Assembly (NCBI GenBank): GCA_965660855.1
Contig: CBFIBM010000007.1
Coordinates: 4,061 to 68,060, forward strand
Length of the DNA stretch: 64,000 nucleotides
DNA from: an uncultured bacterium
GTDB taxonomy: Bacteria > Fidelibacterota > Marinisomatia > Marinisomatales > UBA1611
Reading direction: 5' to 3'
The notes beneath the pieces were generated by a model. It did no database searches, was not told the DNA's origin, and saw only the letters and a program-made list of their open reading frames with translations. A program made the translations under genes and the position numbers. How positions within the stretch are numbered: position 1 is the first letter of the stretch; each line of letters opens with the position of its first letter. Positions 1 to 8,395 of this stretch are shown here, in pieces.

Positions 1-1
1 A

Positions 2-163
2 TGTACGGATAATTTGGTGTTTAGATCAATCCTTGATTTTTTAAATGTAGACTCTAAACTGAATTTTGATTTTCAAGAATCAAAAAAAGAAATAAATATA
101 TCGTTTGATGCTGAATTATATGATAAATCTGTAAGCATTTACAAAGAACTAAATGATAGATAA
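2..163 (+). CDS. 3' end of a gene running in from the window edge (possibly sulfotransferase-like C-terminus)
   Basis: Open frame from nt 2 (CTDNLVFRSILDFLNV...IYKELNDR) to TAA at 161-163; family guess is weak, from the 'ILDFLNV' segment only. Confidence 0.45.
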   Translation, partial: CTDNLVFRSILDFLNVDSKLNFDFQESKKEINISFDAELYDKSVSIYKELNDR

Positions 164-264
164 ATATTAATTTGAGAACTTCAATTAAAATATATCTATT
201 TCAATGTTATTCATTTAATACTAATTATAAACGTGAAATTTGAAAATATAAGTCGTAGAGTTTT

Positions 265-381
265 TTATTTGTAATTAAAGTATCTATAAATAGCTAAAAG
301 AATGTTAATTACGCCACAAACAATGAGAACCTGACTTACCCATGATAATTTTTTTAAATATTTTTTTAAGAAACCTTCCAT
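265..381 (-). CDS. small single-TM protein (38 aa), not in ORF track
   Basis: ATG..TAA reads MEGFLKKYLKKLSWVSQVLIVCGVINILLAIYRYFNYK; AGGAG 10 nt upstream; basic N-terminus plus hydrophobic helix. Confidence 0.45.
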   Translation of the reverse strand: MEGFLKKYLKKLSWVSQVLIVCGVINILLAIYRYFNYK

Positions 382-535
382 CGAACTTTTTCTCCTAATC
401 TAAAAGTAATTTAATACTTTTATTTATTAAAGTCTTTTTTGTATTTTACTAGTGATTAGAGTTTAAAGTCTATTGTGGAAATAGAGGACTTTGTTGTTCT
501 AATTATTCAACCCTAATCTACATATTCAAAGAAGA

Positions 536-1618
536 TTAAAGAGTCTTTATAATAACATTTCGATCTACAAGATAATGATTAATGTATTCCCAACATAAAT
601 TTTCTCTTCCAATAATTTCCGGTGGAAATACTCCTGTTTTTTGATATCTTTTATCTAATAATAAGTTTACTGTCGCCGTTGCTGTAAAGCCAGTGGTTCT
701 AGACATTGAGCTTGAGTTTGTCTTTTCATCGTACTCATCGTAGAGGCGATAGTGGATTTTTTTCTCTTTAGATTTTATTATAATATCTAGTATAGTGAAT
801 TCTTTTTCTTTAGGCTCTAGTCTCCATTCTTCAAAAAGTTTAGTTAATGTGTCTTCAATTTTTTCCGGATTAAACATTCCTTCATCTATATATCGAGTCA
901 TTAGCTTAGCATGTCCAGGATATCTAATTGTTTTTTCTTTCATATTTGAAATATGGGGCATTGTATCTAAAATTGATCTTAATCCATCAGTATTGAAAGC
1001 TTCTAAAGTTCCTAAATCTCCAAAATTTATTTGTTCAATATCAGAAAGAGCAGGTTTTGTGATTATTTTAGATTCCATCATCATTCTTGCGGGTCTTGTA
1101 TATTCTTCGATTACATCAATTGGTGAAAAAGGAGCTTTATATCTGAAAGGAGGTTTTGGATTTTTGGGAAGACCACCAACAAAATATTCAAAAGAATTTA
1201 TGGCGATGGATTTGTCATGGTAACCCAAAATATAATTTGGGATTCCTGGAGCAACACCTGCATCAACAATTACAGTTACATTATTTTCTTTCGCTAATTG
1301 ATTTAAACTTAAAGTGTTTTCAGAAGAGAAGGAGATATCAACAACATTTTTTTTATTTATAATGATATTCTTTAATGCCTGGAAACCTAAAAAACCTGGG
1401 ACAGCAAGCAAGACAATATCTGCATTTTTTATAAAACTAGAAACTTCATCTAATTTTTTAACATCAACTTTACTTATATGGATTGAATTATCTTCATGTT
1501 TTATTGATTCCAATCTTCCTAGGTTATTATCTGCTAAAAAAACAGTATGGTCCTTAGATAAGTCTAATGCCATGGTTCTACCAACTAGTCCTGCTCCTAT
1601 TTGATATATATTAGCCAT
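536..1618 (-). CDS. saccharopine dehydrogenase family / lysine 6-dehydrogenase-like oxidoreductase
   Basis: N-terminal GAGLVG Rossmann motif; DAGVAPG, YFVGGLP, EEYTRPAR, EAFNTDGL, KTIRYPGH, MSRTTGF motifs. Confidence 0.85.
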   Translation of the reverse strand: MANIYQIGAGLVGRTMALDLSKDHTVFLADNNLGRLESIKHEDNSIHISKVDVKKLDEVSSFIKNADIVLLAVPGFLGFQALKNIIINKKNVVDISFSSENTLSLNQLAKENNVTVIVDAGVAPGIPNYILGYHDKSIAINSFEYFVGGLPKNPKPPFRYKAPFSPIDVIEEYTRPARMMMESKIITKPALSDIEQINFGDLGTLEAFNTDGLRSILDTMPHISNMKEKTIRYPGHAKLMTRYIDEGMFNPEKIEDTLTKLFEEWRLEPKEKEFTILDIIIKSKEKKIHYRLYDEYDEKTNSSSMSRTTGFTATATVNLLLDKRYQKTGVFPPEIIGRENLCWEYINHYLVDRNVIIKTL

Positions 1619-2675
1619 CGGAAAAACATTTTTTTAAGATTGATTGAAAATGGTGAAGTCCTTTTTCACTTTTTTTTGAAATTCGGCCTCTATCAAACCC
1701 ATTACTCTCAAGCCCTTTTTGAACTTCCTGGCAAATTTGAATGTCTTCTTGCTGAACTTCTTCACTAAATTTAAAATCAGTGATAATAGATTTATCATTC
1801 AAATCTTCAAAATAATAGTCAAAATGAACTCTACAACTCTTTGAAGATCGAGGTTCAACTATATTTGTTTGAAGACGACCTGGCGCAATATTAAGTAACA
1901 GATTAGGAAAAATAGTAAAGTAGAAAGCTTTGTTTAATGAAGTTTTAATTTTTTTGTAAGGACTTAATTCAGGTTTTATTGGACTCCACTGTAAAGAATA
2001 ATTATCAAATAATTCTGTTTGATAAGATTTATAATCTATCAGTTTATTTAATCTAGGGTGTACAAATGGGATATGATAACCTTCTAAATAATTATCAATA
2101 TATATTTTCCAATTTGATTTAATATTATATGACACACGCGAGTGATACTTGTAGGATGAAATATTTAATGGATAAATATGACCTTTAATATTATCAATTG
2201 GCATATCAAATAAATTATTTTTGGAAAAATTTATAAAGATCATATCCATCCAAATTTTTAAATTAATTGATTTTAATCCATAATATTCTCTTTGAAAGTT
2301 CTTAACCTCTGAAAAGTCTCGTACTTTTTTTAATGAACCATCTATTTCATAAATCCATCCGTGATATTTACATTGGAGAAATTTAACAGAACAGTTTTCT
2401 CTAATAATTGGACCACCACGATGTTGGCAAACATTATAAAACGCTTTTATAGAAGAATCTTCCTGTCTAACAATAATGATCGGATTATCTAAAACTTCAT
2501 AAATAATTGTATCTCCAGGATTTGGAATTTTGGATTTTGATCCGATTAGATGCCAAGATTTATTAAAAATAGTTTTTTTTTCAAGTTCAAATATCTCATC
2601 TTCATAATACCATTTTGAAGGAATAGTATAAGAATTTTCAATTGGAAAGTTCTCCAAATATTGAGGTTCAATCAT
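1611..2675 (-). CDS. Rieske non-heme iron oxygenase alpha subunit (choline monooxygenase/CntA-like)
   Basis: Rieske CQHRG...CKYHGW; mononuclear Fe site NYLEGYHIPFVH and QQEDIQIC. Confidence 0.88.
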   Translation of the reverse strand: MIEPQYLENFPIENSYTIPSKWYYEDEIFELEKKTIFNKSWHLIGSKSKIPNPGDTIIYEVLDNPIIIVRQEDSSIKAFYNVCQHRGGPIIRENCSVKFLQCKYHGWIYEIDGSLKKVRDFSEVKNFQREYYGLKSINLKIWMDMIFINFSKNNLFDMPIDNIKGHIYPLNISSYKYHSRVSYNIKSNWKIYIDNYLEGYHIPFVHPRLNKLIDYKSYQTELFDNYSLQWSPIKPELSPYKKIKTSLNKAFYFTIFPNLLLNIAPGRLQTNIVEPRSSKSCRVHFDYYFEDLNDKSIITDFKFSEEVQQEDIQICQEVQKGLESNGFDRGRISKKSEKGLHHFQSILKKCFSDG

Positions 2676-2679
2676 TAAA

Positions 2680-3561
2680 TTATTTTACTCTTAAAAAAGG
2701 TCGAGTGAGGCAGGTTGGTCCACCTGAACCTTTGAGCGATATTTCTAATCCATCATATTTAAATACTTCTACACCATTTTTTATAAGACGCTCTTCTGTA
2801 ATAGGGTTCCCTTCAATCATTAATACTTTTTTTGGAGCAAGAGCCAATACATTACATCCCATCGATAAATATTCTGATTCAGGGACTTCTATTAAATGAA
2901 TTCCTTCACTGAGTAAGAATTTTCTAAAGCTGACAGGTAATAACCTAGAATAAACTAAAAATAAGTTACTATCGATTGGTGATAAGTTACTCATTAAGTG
3001 GAGACAATCATCTTTTCCTGTCCAATGTGGTAAAGGAACTGTTATGATTTCATCAATTAAATCACCTAATATATTTTTTAACTGGTTAATACCTTCAGCA
3101 TTCGATCGATACCCTTCGCCTACTGCAATTACTCTTTCTTTAATCCACACAATGTCACCGCCCTCTAGAGTACCTGGGTATTTAATTGTACCTAGAGTGG
3201 GAATTCCAATCGAATTTAAATGATTTTCCATCAATTTAGGCTCTTGGGACCTGTCTTTTTTCCCCATTCTAGAAAAAATAGCACCTTTATTTGATATCAA
3301 ACATGGATCATGCGTATATATAGAATCAATAGAGGCTTCTTCATTTAAAGGTAGATAGTGTATTTCACAACCAAATGTTCCTAGAATATTCAAAAAATTA
3401 TCAAAATCTGAGCATGCTTTTTCAAAGTTTGGTATTTCTAAGTAATTTAGTTTTTTACTTTCTCTGTTAAGTTTATTTTGATTTATATATGCATCTTTAG
3501 GATGTTTAATGAGTACTTTTCTCAATGAATTAACCATATTTTGGCATCCATATTGAGCCAT
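2680..3561 (-). CDS. amidinotransferase/arginine deiminase/DDAH (pentein) family protein
   Basis: DSIYTHDP, LEGGD, CLHLMS, GGPTCLTRP catalytic motifs; start moved to the ATG at 3561 to avoid overlap with queF. Confidence 0.85.
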   Translation of the reverse strand: MAQYGCQNMVNSLRKVLIKHPKDAYINQNKLNRESKKLNYLEIPNFEKACSDFDNFLNILGTFGCEIHYLPLNEEASIDSIYTHDPCLISNKGAIFSRMGKKDRSQEPKLMENHLNSIGIPTLGTIKYPGTLEGGDIVWIKERVIAVGEGYRSNAEGINQLKNILGDLIDEIITVPLPHWTGKDDCLHLMSNLSPIDSNLFLVYSRLLPVSFRKFLLSEGIHLIEVPESEYLSMGCNVLALAPKKVLMIEGNPITEERLIKNGVEVFKYDGLEISLKGSGGPTCLTRPFLRVK

Positions 3562-3565
3562 TCTT

Positions 3566-3952
3566 TTAAATAGATCCTTCAATACATGTCGTCTTGAAGC
3601 CACCTCTAATATTATATATTGTCGTGATTCTTAACTTGTTTGTATTTAAAATATTATTTAAGTCTGTAAAAATACGCTTTGTAGCCGCCTCTTGGTAAAT
3701 TCCAACATTTCTAAAACTAGTAAAATAATATTTGAGAGCTTTTAGTTCTACGCATTTTCCACCAATAGGGTAATATTCGATTATGACATTAGCAAGATCA
3801 GGTAAGCCACTAAATGGGCAGACTGCACTAAATTCATTTGTCTCTGTTTTAATATATTGCTCAGGACTATTAAAATCAAAAACTTCTAAAAAAGACGGAT
3901 TAATATTAGTTTCATCTAAAAATTTGAATTTTTTTCCATCAGCTATAGCCAT
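3566..3952 (-). CDS. queF: NADPH-dependent preQ0 reductase (type I QueF)
   Basis: CPFSGLPD catalytic Cys/Asp, QueF motif [11 protein letters not shown]; adjacent to queD. Confidence 0.9.
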   Translation of the reverse strand: MAIADGKKFKFLDETNINPSFLEVFDFNSPEQYIKTETNEFSAVCPFSGLPDLANVIIEYYPIGGKCVELKALKYYFTSFRNVGIYQEAATKRIFTDLNNILNTNKLRITTIYNIRGGFKTTCIEGSI

Positions 3953-3953
3953 C

Positions 3954-4310
3954 TTAATCTCCTTTGTAACTGCAGCCAGTTGATTCAGTTTCTCTAATAA
4001 CTATTTTATATAAGCCGGGTAATTTAGGCTTTAGATTTAACCAAATCCATTGACACATGTTCTCACTAGAGGGGTTTTCTAAACCAGGTATATCATTTAA
4101 GTATTTATGGTCAAGTTGGTTAAGTAGCGGTTTGAAAGCTTCATCAATTTCAGAAAAATCCATTACAAATCCTGTATTTTTATTCACTCTTCCACGTACT
4201 ACAACTTTTACCTTAAAAGAGTGCCCATGAACATTTTTACATGGGTGATTTTTTGATAAATTTGGCAATGACCTTGCTGCTTCAATTGAAAATATTTTAA
4301 ATGTATCCAT
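3954..4310 (-). CDS. queD: 6-carboxytetrahydropterin synthase
   Basis: [28 protein letters not shown] motifs. Confidence 0.92.
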   Translation of the reverse strand: MDTFKIFSIEAARSLPNLSKNHPCKNVHGHSFKVKVVVRGRVNKNTGFVMDFSEIDEAFKPLLNQLDHKYLNDIPGLENPSSENMCQWIWLNLKPKLPGLYKIVIRETESTGCSYKGD

Positions 4311-4318
4311 AGCAGAAC

Positions 4319-4951
4319 TTAAGGGATTCCAAGTAATTTATGAGTTTGATAACTGATTTTCCATTTTGGATTTTTACGAATAAATTCTTCAGATTTCATA
4401 ATGTTAAATTTTTGATTAATATTATCCATTGGCTGGATATAAAAATGGATAAATTGTAATTCTTCAAAATCAAGTGGGTTTATATCTTTTTGAGGGTATA
4501 CAACTTTCAATTCATGCCCCTTATCTAAGAGAAATTTAGAGTTCGCTTTGGGGCTTACACAAATCCAATCGATTCCATTTGGAGGTAAAATCGTACCATT
4601 AGTTTCTACTCCTATTTCAAATCCAGCAGAATGAACGGCCTCTATTAATTTTTGATCTAATTGTAGTAAGGGTTCTCCACCGGTAAAGACTATATATTGT
4701 AGTGCAGGTTGATTTTTAGGCCAGAGATTTTTAAAAATGTTAATTAGTTGATTCTTTGAATATTTTCCTCCATTTACTCCATCATTCCCAACAAAGTCAG
4801 TATCACACCAATTACAAATTGCATTTTCCCGGTCTTTTTCATATCCACTCCAAAGATTGCATCCAGAAAATCTACAAAAAATAGAAGGCCTCCCGGTATG
4901 GAAACCCTCACCTTGGTATGTAAAATATATTTCTTTTATAGAGTACATCAA
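4319..4951 (-). CDS. queE: 7-carboxy-7-deazaguanine synthase (radical SAM, CX14CX2C type)
   Basis: [12 protein letters not shown]...[22 protein letters not shown]. Confidence 0.93.
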   Translation of the reverse strand: MMYSIKEIYFTYQGEGFHTGRPSIFCRFSGCNLWSGYEKDRENAICNWCDTDFVGNDGVNGGKYSKNQLINIFKNLWPKNQPALQYIVFTGGEPLLQLDQKLIEAVHSAGFEIGVETNGTILPPNGIDWICVSPKANSKFLLDKGHELKVVYPQKDINPLDFEELQFIHFYIQPMDNINQKFNIMKSEEFIRKNPKWKISYQTHKLLGIP

Positions 4952-5649
4952 GTATAGTTGAGAGGATCTTTACTTAAAGCTTTTTCAAAGCCTTTTTTAC
5001 GCAGAACACATGCATCACATAAACCACATGGATCACCATTTTCTTTAGGATCATAACAACTTGAAGTTAAGCCGTAATCTACACCTAATTCTAACCCAGA
5101 TGTGATAATCTGAGCTTTTGTCATATTGATGAGTGGAGTATGTATTTTAAATCGTTCTCCTAAGACACCTGCTCTTGTGGCGAGATTGGCTGTTTTTTCA
5201 AAAGACTTTATGTACTCTGGTCTACAATCTGGATATCCACTATAGTCTAGCGCATTTACACCAATAAAAATATCGTATGCGTTTAAAGTTTCAGCCCATG
5301 CCAATGCTAATGATAAAAAGACAGTATTTCTTGCGGGAACATATGTTACAGGAATATCATTTTTATCTTCCAAAGTTCTATTTTTAGGTACATCAATATT
5401 ATCTGTCAATGCAGAGCCACCAAACTGGCTTAAATCTATATTCACAATTGAATGATTTTGAATATTATAATGATTAGCTATAGCCTTCGAAGCTTCAATT
5501 TCAAAATTATGACGCTGTCCATAATTTAGAGTAAGAGCATATGGGGTAAAGTTATTTTTTAATGCTTGTACAAGACATGTAGTAGAGTCTAATCCTCCGC
5601 TAAAAAGAACAACAGATTTTTTTTTATGTTTTTTTATTTTTATCATCAA
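4948..5649 (-). CDS. queC: 7-cyano-7-deazaguanine synthase
   Basis: SGGLDS, YGQRH, TYVPARN, YPDCR, SCY...CGLCDAC. Confidence 0.95.
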   Translation of the reverse strand: MMIKIKKHKKKSVVLFSGGLDSTTCLVQALKNNFTPYALTLNYGQRHNFEIEASKAIANHYNIQNHSIVNIDLSQFGGSALTDNIDVPKNRTLEDKNDIPVTYVPARNTVFLSLALAWAETLNAYDIFIGVNALDYSGYPDCRPEYIKSFEKTANLATRAGVLGERFKIHTPLINMTKAQIITSGLELGVDYGLTSSCYDPKENGDPCGLCDACVLRKKGFEKALSKDPLNYT

Positions 5650-5956
5650 CTAGAATTATTTTAGGAGATAAATTATTTTTTTCAGTAAGAACATAGCTAG
5701 CAATTATAACTTTATCTCCAACTTGGTTTAATCTTGCCGCAGCTCCATTTAAACAAATTTCTCTTTTTTTTCCCGGAATTACATAGGTAGACAATCTATT
5801 GCCATTAGTTATATTGTAAATATCAACTTTTTCAAATTCAACTAAATCTGCCTCTTTCATTAGATCAACATCAATAGAAATTGATCCTTCATAGTTGAGG
5901 TTGGCATCTGTTACTGTTGCACGATGAATTTTTGATTTAAGTAAGGTTCGATACAT
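5624..5956 (-). CDS. panD: aspartate 1-decarboxylase
   Basis: [15 protein letters not shown] autocleavage site, NGAAARL. Confidence 0.95.
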   Translation of the reverse strand: MYRTLLKSKIHRATVTDANLNYEGSISIDVDLMKEADLVEFEKVDIYNITNGNRLSTYVIPGKKREICLNGAAARLNQVGDKVIIASYVLTEKNNLSPKIILVDDKNKKT

Positions 5957-6020
5957 AGATTTTTTTCCAGGTTTTAAAATAATAAATTATTTATAATATC
6001 GTTTATTTAAGACTTTTAAA

Positions 6021-6827
6021 TTATTTACTTTTAGGCATTTTTGCCCCACAATTATTACAAAAATTTGCAGTTTTAGTTTGATTATTATCATTACAAACTA
6101 TACATACACTTTTTTGAGGATCCGTTGTAAAAGTCATTGTAGAAGTTACTATACCAGTTGGGACTGCTATAATCGAGTATCCCAATATCATTATAATAGC
6201 AGCAATAGCTTGTCCCATGTTTGTTTGAGGAGAAATATCTCCGTAGCCAACAGTTGTTAAAGTAACTATACTCCAATAAATACTTCTTGGAATGCTATCA
6301 AAGCCAGATTTTTCACCTTCAATTATATACATTATAGATCCCAGTATAATGACCAAATTGATTACAAAAAATAAATAAACAAATATCTTTCTTCGGCTTG
6401 CAAGCATCGCTTCTTTTAATAATTCAGCTTCTCCCATAAATTGGATTAATTTTAAAACCCTGAAGACTCTCAAGACTCTTAATACTCTAATTACAGAAAA
6501 AACTTGTGCACCCGGAAGAATAATACTTAAATAAGTTGGAATTATTGATAATAAATCAATTATACCAAAAAAACTAAAAACATAAATAGTGGGTCTCCTA
6601 ACACTTATAATCCTTAGAAAATACTCTAAAGTAAAAAGAATTGTAAAAATGAATTCAGCACTTTTAAATAGAGTTCCATACTTTGCACTTAACTCTTCGA
6701 CACTATCAAGCATAACGAGCAATACACTAAGCAAAATTGATATAATTAGTACGAGATCAAATACTTTCCCTGCGGTAGTATTAGTCCCAAAAATAATTAT
6801 TTTAATTTTTTCTCTTAATAATTTCAT
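6021..6827 (-). CDS. 6-TM potassium channel / ion transporter with C-terminal Cys ribbon
   Basis: S4 RVLRVLRVFRVLK; filter TTVGYGD; CxxC...CxxC tail. Confidence 0.9.
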   Translation of the reverse strand: MKLLREKIKIIIFGTNTTAGKVFDLVLIISILLSVLLVMLDSVEELSAKYGTLFKSAEFIFTILFTLEYFLRIISVRRPTIYVFSFFGIIDLLSIIPTYLSIILPGAQVFSVIRVLRVLRVFRVLKLIQFMGEAELLKEAMLASRRKIFVYLFFVINLVIILGSIMYIIEGEKSGFDSIPRSIYWSIVTLTTVGYGDISPQTNMGQAIAAIIMILGYSIIAVPTGIVTSTMTFTTDPQKSVCIVCNDNNQTKTANFCNNCGAKMPKSK

Positions 6828-6867
6828 GATTTATTAATTTTGATAAAACTAATGAATAAATTTATTA

Positions 6868-7185
6868 TTAATTAAACCAAACCCCAATACCAGAGGCCCT
6901 TAAATTTAGAGATAACATTTTTTCAATATCTAAGGCATCTTTTCGCGTAGGAATTGGGTTGTACTTCTCATAAAGATCTGGCCGAAGCTTCAGGCCAAAT
7001 TTTTTTGCATATTTATTGGCTTTATAACCTTCTTTATGTTGCTCAAATCTAATTTCGGGCTTTCTAAAAGATTGACCAATATAAAAACACTTTTTTCCAT
7101 TTATGTAGTTTGGATTTTGAAATCTAAATTTTTTATTTTTTGAAATAGAGGGATCTAATTCAATTACATAACAATAATAATACAT
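6868..7185 (-). CDS. small GIY-YIG-like protein
   Basis: YCYVIEL...FYIGQS...RFEQHKEG...EKML pattern. Confidence 0.7.
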   Translation of the reverse strand: MYYYCYVIELDPSISKNKKFRFQNPNYINGKKCFYIGQSFRKPEIRFEQHKEGYKANKYAKKFGLKLRPDLYEKYNPIPTRKDALDIEKMLSLNLRASGIGVWFN

Positions 7186-7187
7186 TT

Positions 7188-7607
7188 TTAAATTTTTTTG
7201 ATTTTCATTATGTATCTTTTTTTGTGAGATTTATTAAAATATAGATTTTTTCTAAAATCTTTTGTTTTTGTAATATCACTTTTCTTATCGTACCACTTCC
7301 AAACGCCAGACGAATCTCCATTATTAAAATATCCCTCCATCTTAATGAGTCCAGAAGAAGACCACCTTGTAATTAATCCATGCTTTCGACCTTTATAAAA
7401 TGTATATCTCCATTCAGCTTGACCATTATCATAATATAATTTTACTAAACCATCTAATTTTTCTTTTGAGTAAGTCTCTGTTAGTCTTCGATTGTGCGGG
7501 TAAACATTATTTTTAGTTATTGAATCATCGCTCGCATTTATTTTAAAAATAAAAATAAAAAGGGTAAATATTTTTACAGAATAGGAATTACTTTTGAAAA
7601 AACCCAT
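7188..7607 (-). CDS. secreted MORN-variant (YwqK-like) repeat protein
   Basis: GLVKLYYDNGQ / GLITRWSSSG / GVWKWYD repeats after a hydrophobic N-terminal stretch. Confidence 0.7.
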   Translation of the reverse strand: MGFFKSNSYSVKIFTLFIFIFKINASDDSITKNNVYPHNRRLTETYSKEKLDGLVKLYYDNGQAEWRYTFYKGRKHGLITRWSSSGLIKMEGYFNNGDSSGVWKWYDKKSDITKTKDFRKNLYFNKSHKKRYIMKIKKI

Positions 7608-7731
7608 AAATACCTTGTATCAAAACTAATATACCAATTATCATAGGGATAATTACAGTGTGTTTAATTGAAATTCCAATAATAAGAAAAGCAATCAATA
7701 TAAAGAATATATGAATTGTATTTTTAGTCAA
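7588..7731 (-). CDS. small two-TM protein (47 aa), not in ORF track
   Basis: TTG..TAA reads MTKNTIHIFFILIAFLIIGISIKHTVIIPMIIGILVLIQGIYGFFQK; overlaps the start of the MORN gene; no clear RBS. Confidence 0.35.
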   Translation of the reverse strand: MTKNTIHIFFILIAFLIIGISIKHTVIIPMIIGILVLIQGIYGFFQK

Positions 7732-7952
7732 GGCAGATCTTTTGTGTAATAATTTGTTAAAATATACATAAAAATCATATATTTTTTATCCGCTTAATTT
7801 TATTTCTAGAAAAAAAACTTTTTAAGTTGCTAATAGTTTTCTTGAAGTTCTATAATTGATGACCTCTTTTTGTCTAATTTTGAAAAAAAGAAGACTTAAA
7901 GAAAGAGGATGACAAATGAAATAAAGTTGGAATAAAAATTTTTCGACTTAAG

Positions 7953-7986
7953 GAAAAGGCTTCGGGTTGGCGCTAGAAGCCTTTTC
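7953..7986. repeat. 11-bp inverted repeat/hairpin upstream of tmRNA
   Basis: GAAAAGGCTTC-gggttggcgcta-GAAGCCTTTTC. Confidence 0.75.
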
Positions 7987-8028
7987 GTATTTTATAGATT
8001 GTGAGATTATCCAAGCTTTTTGAAAATT

Positions 8029-8382
8029 GGGGGCGATCGGTTTCGACGGGGAATAAGATGTGTTGAGCTGCACGCGGAGAATGACAGTCTTCTCCTAAAT
8101 CAACTGTCACAACAATAAATGCCGATAACGGCTACATGGCTGCAGCTTAGTCTCGCAGCTCGCTCTGACTTCGATTAACCTATGGTCTGAGTTAAGAGCG
8201 TCACAAGCATAGGTTCGTTTCGAATATGTCTACTAATTCGAGACTAAAAATATGTAGGCTAGCCTTTCCTGATTTGTGTCACTGATAAAAGGTAAAGCGA
8301 AGTTAAAATCAGATGACTAAGCATGTAGATGCTTTTCATTACTTTTCTTCGGACGGGAGTTCGATTCTCCCCGCCTCCACCA
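8029..8382 (+). ncRNA. ssrA: tmRNA; tag peptide ADNGYMAAA* at 8121-8150
   Basis: 5' GGGGGCGATCGGTTTCGACGGG; T-arm GGGAGTTCGATTCTCCC; acceptor CGCCTCC-A-CCA with G.U pair; tag ORF ends in AAA-stop. Confidence 0.96.
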
Positions 8383-8395
8383 AGATATTAATGAT

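Noticed and set aside
3566..3952. Archaeosine-forming QueF-like (QueF-L) enzyme
   Set aside because: It retains the NADPH-binding QueF motif ELKALKYY, so it is a regular QueF.
5957..6020. preQ1 riboswitch upstream of panD-queC
   Set aside because: 64-nt AT-rich spacer with no recognisable preQ1 stem-loop/A-tail signature.
8351..8395. Element integrated at the tmRNA 3' end
   Set aside because: No integrase nearby and no duplicated tmRNA 3' fragment seen in the window.
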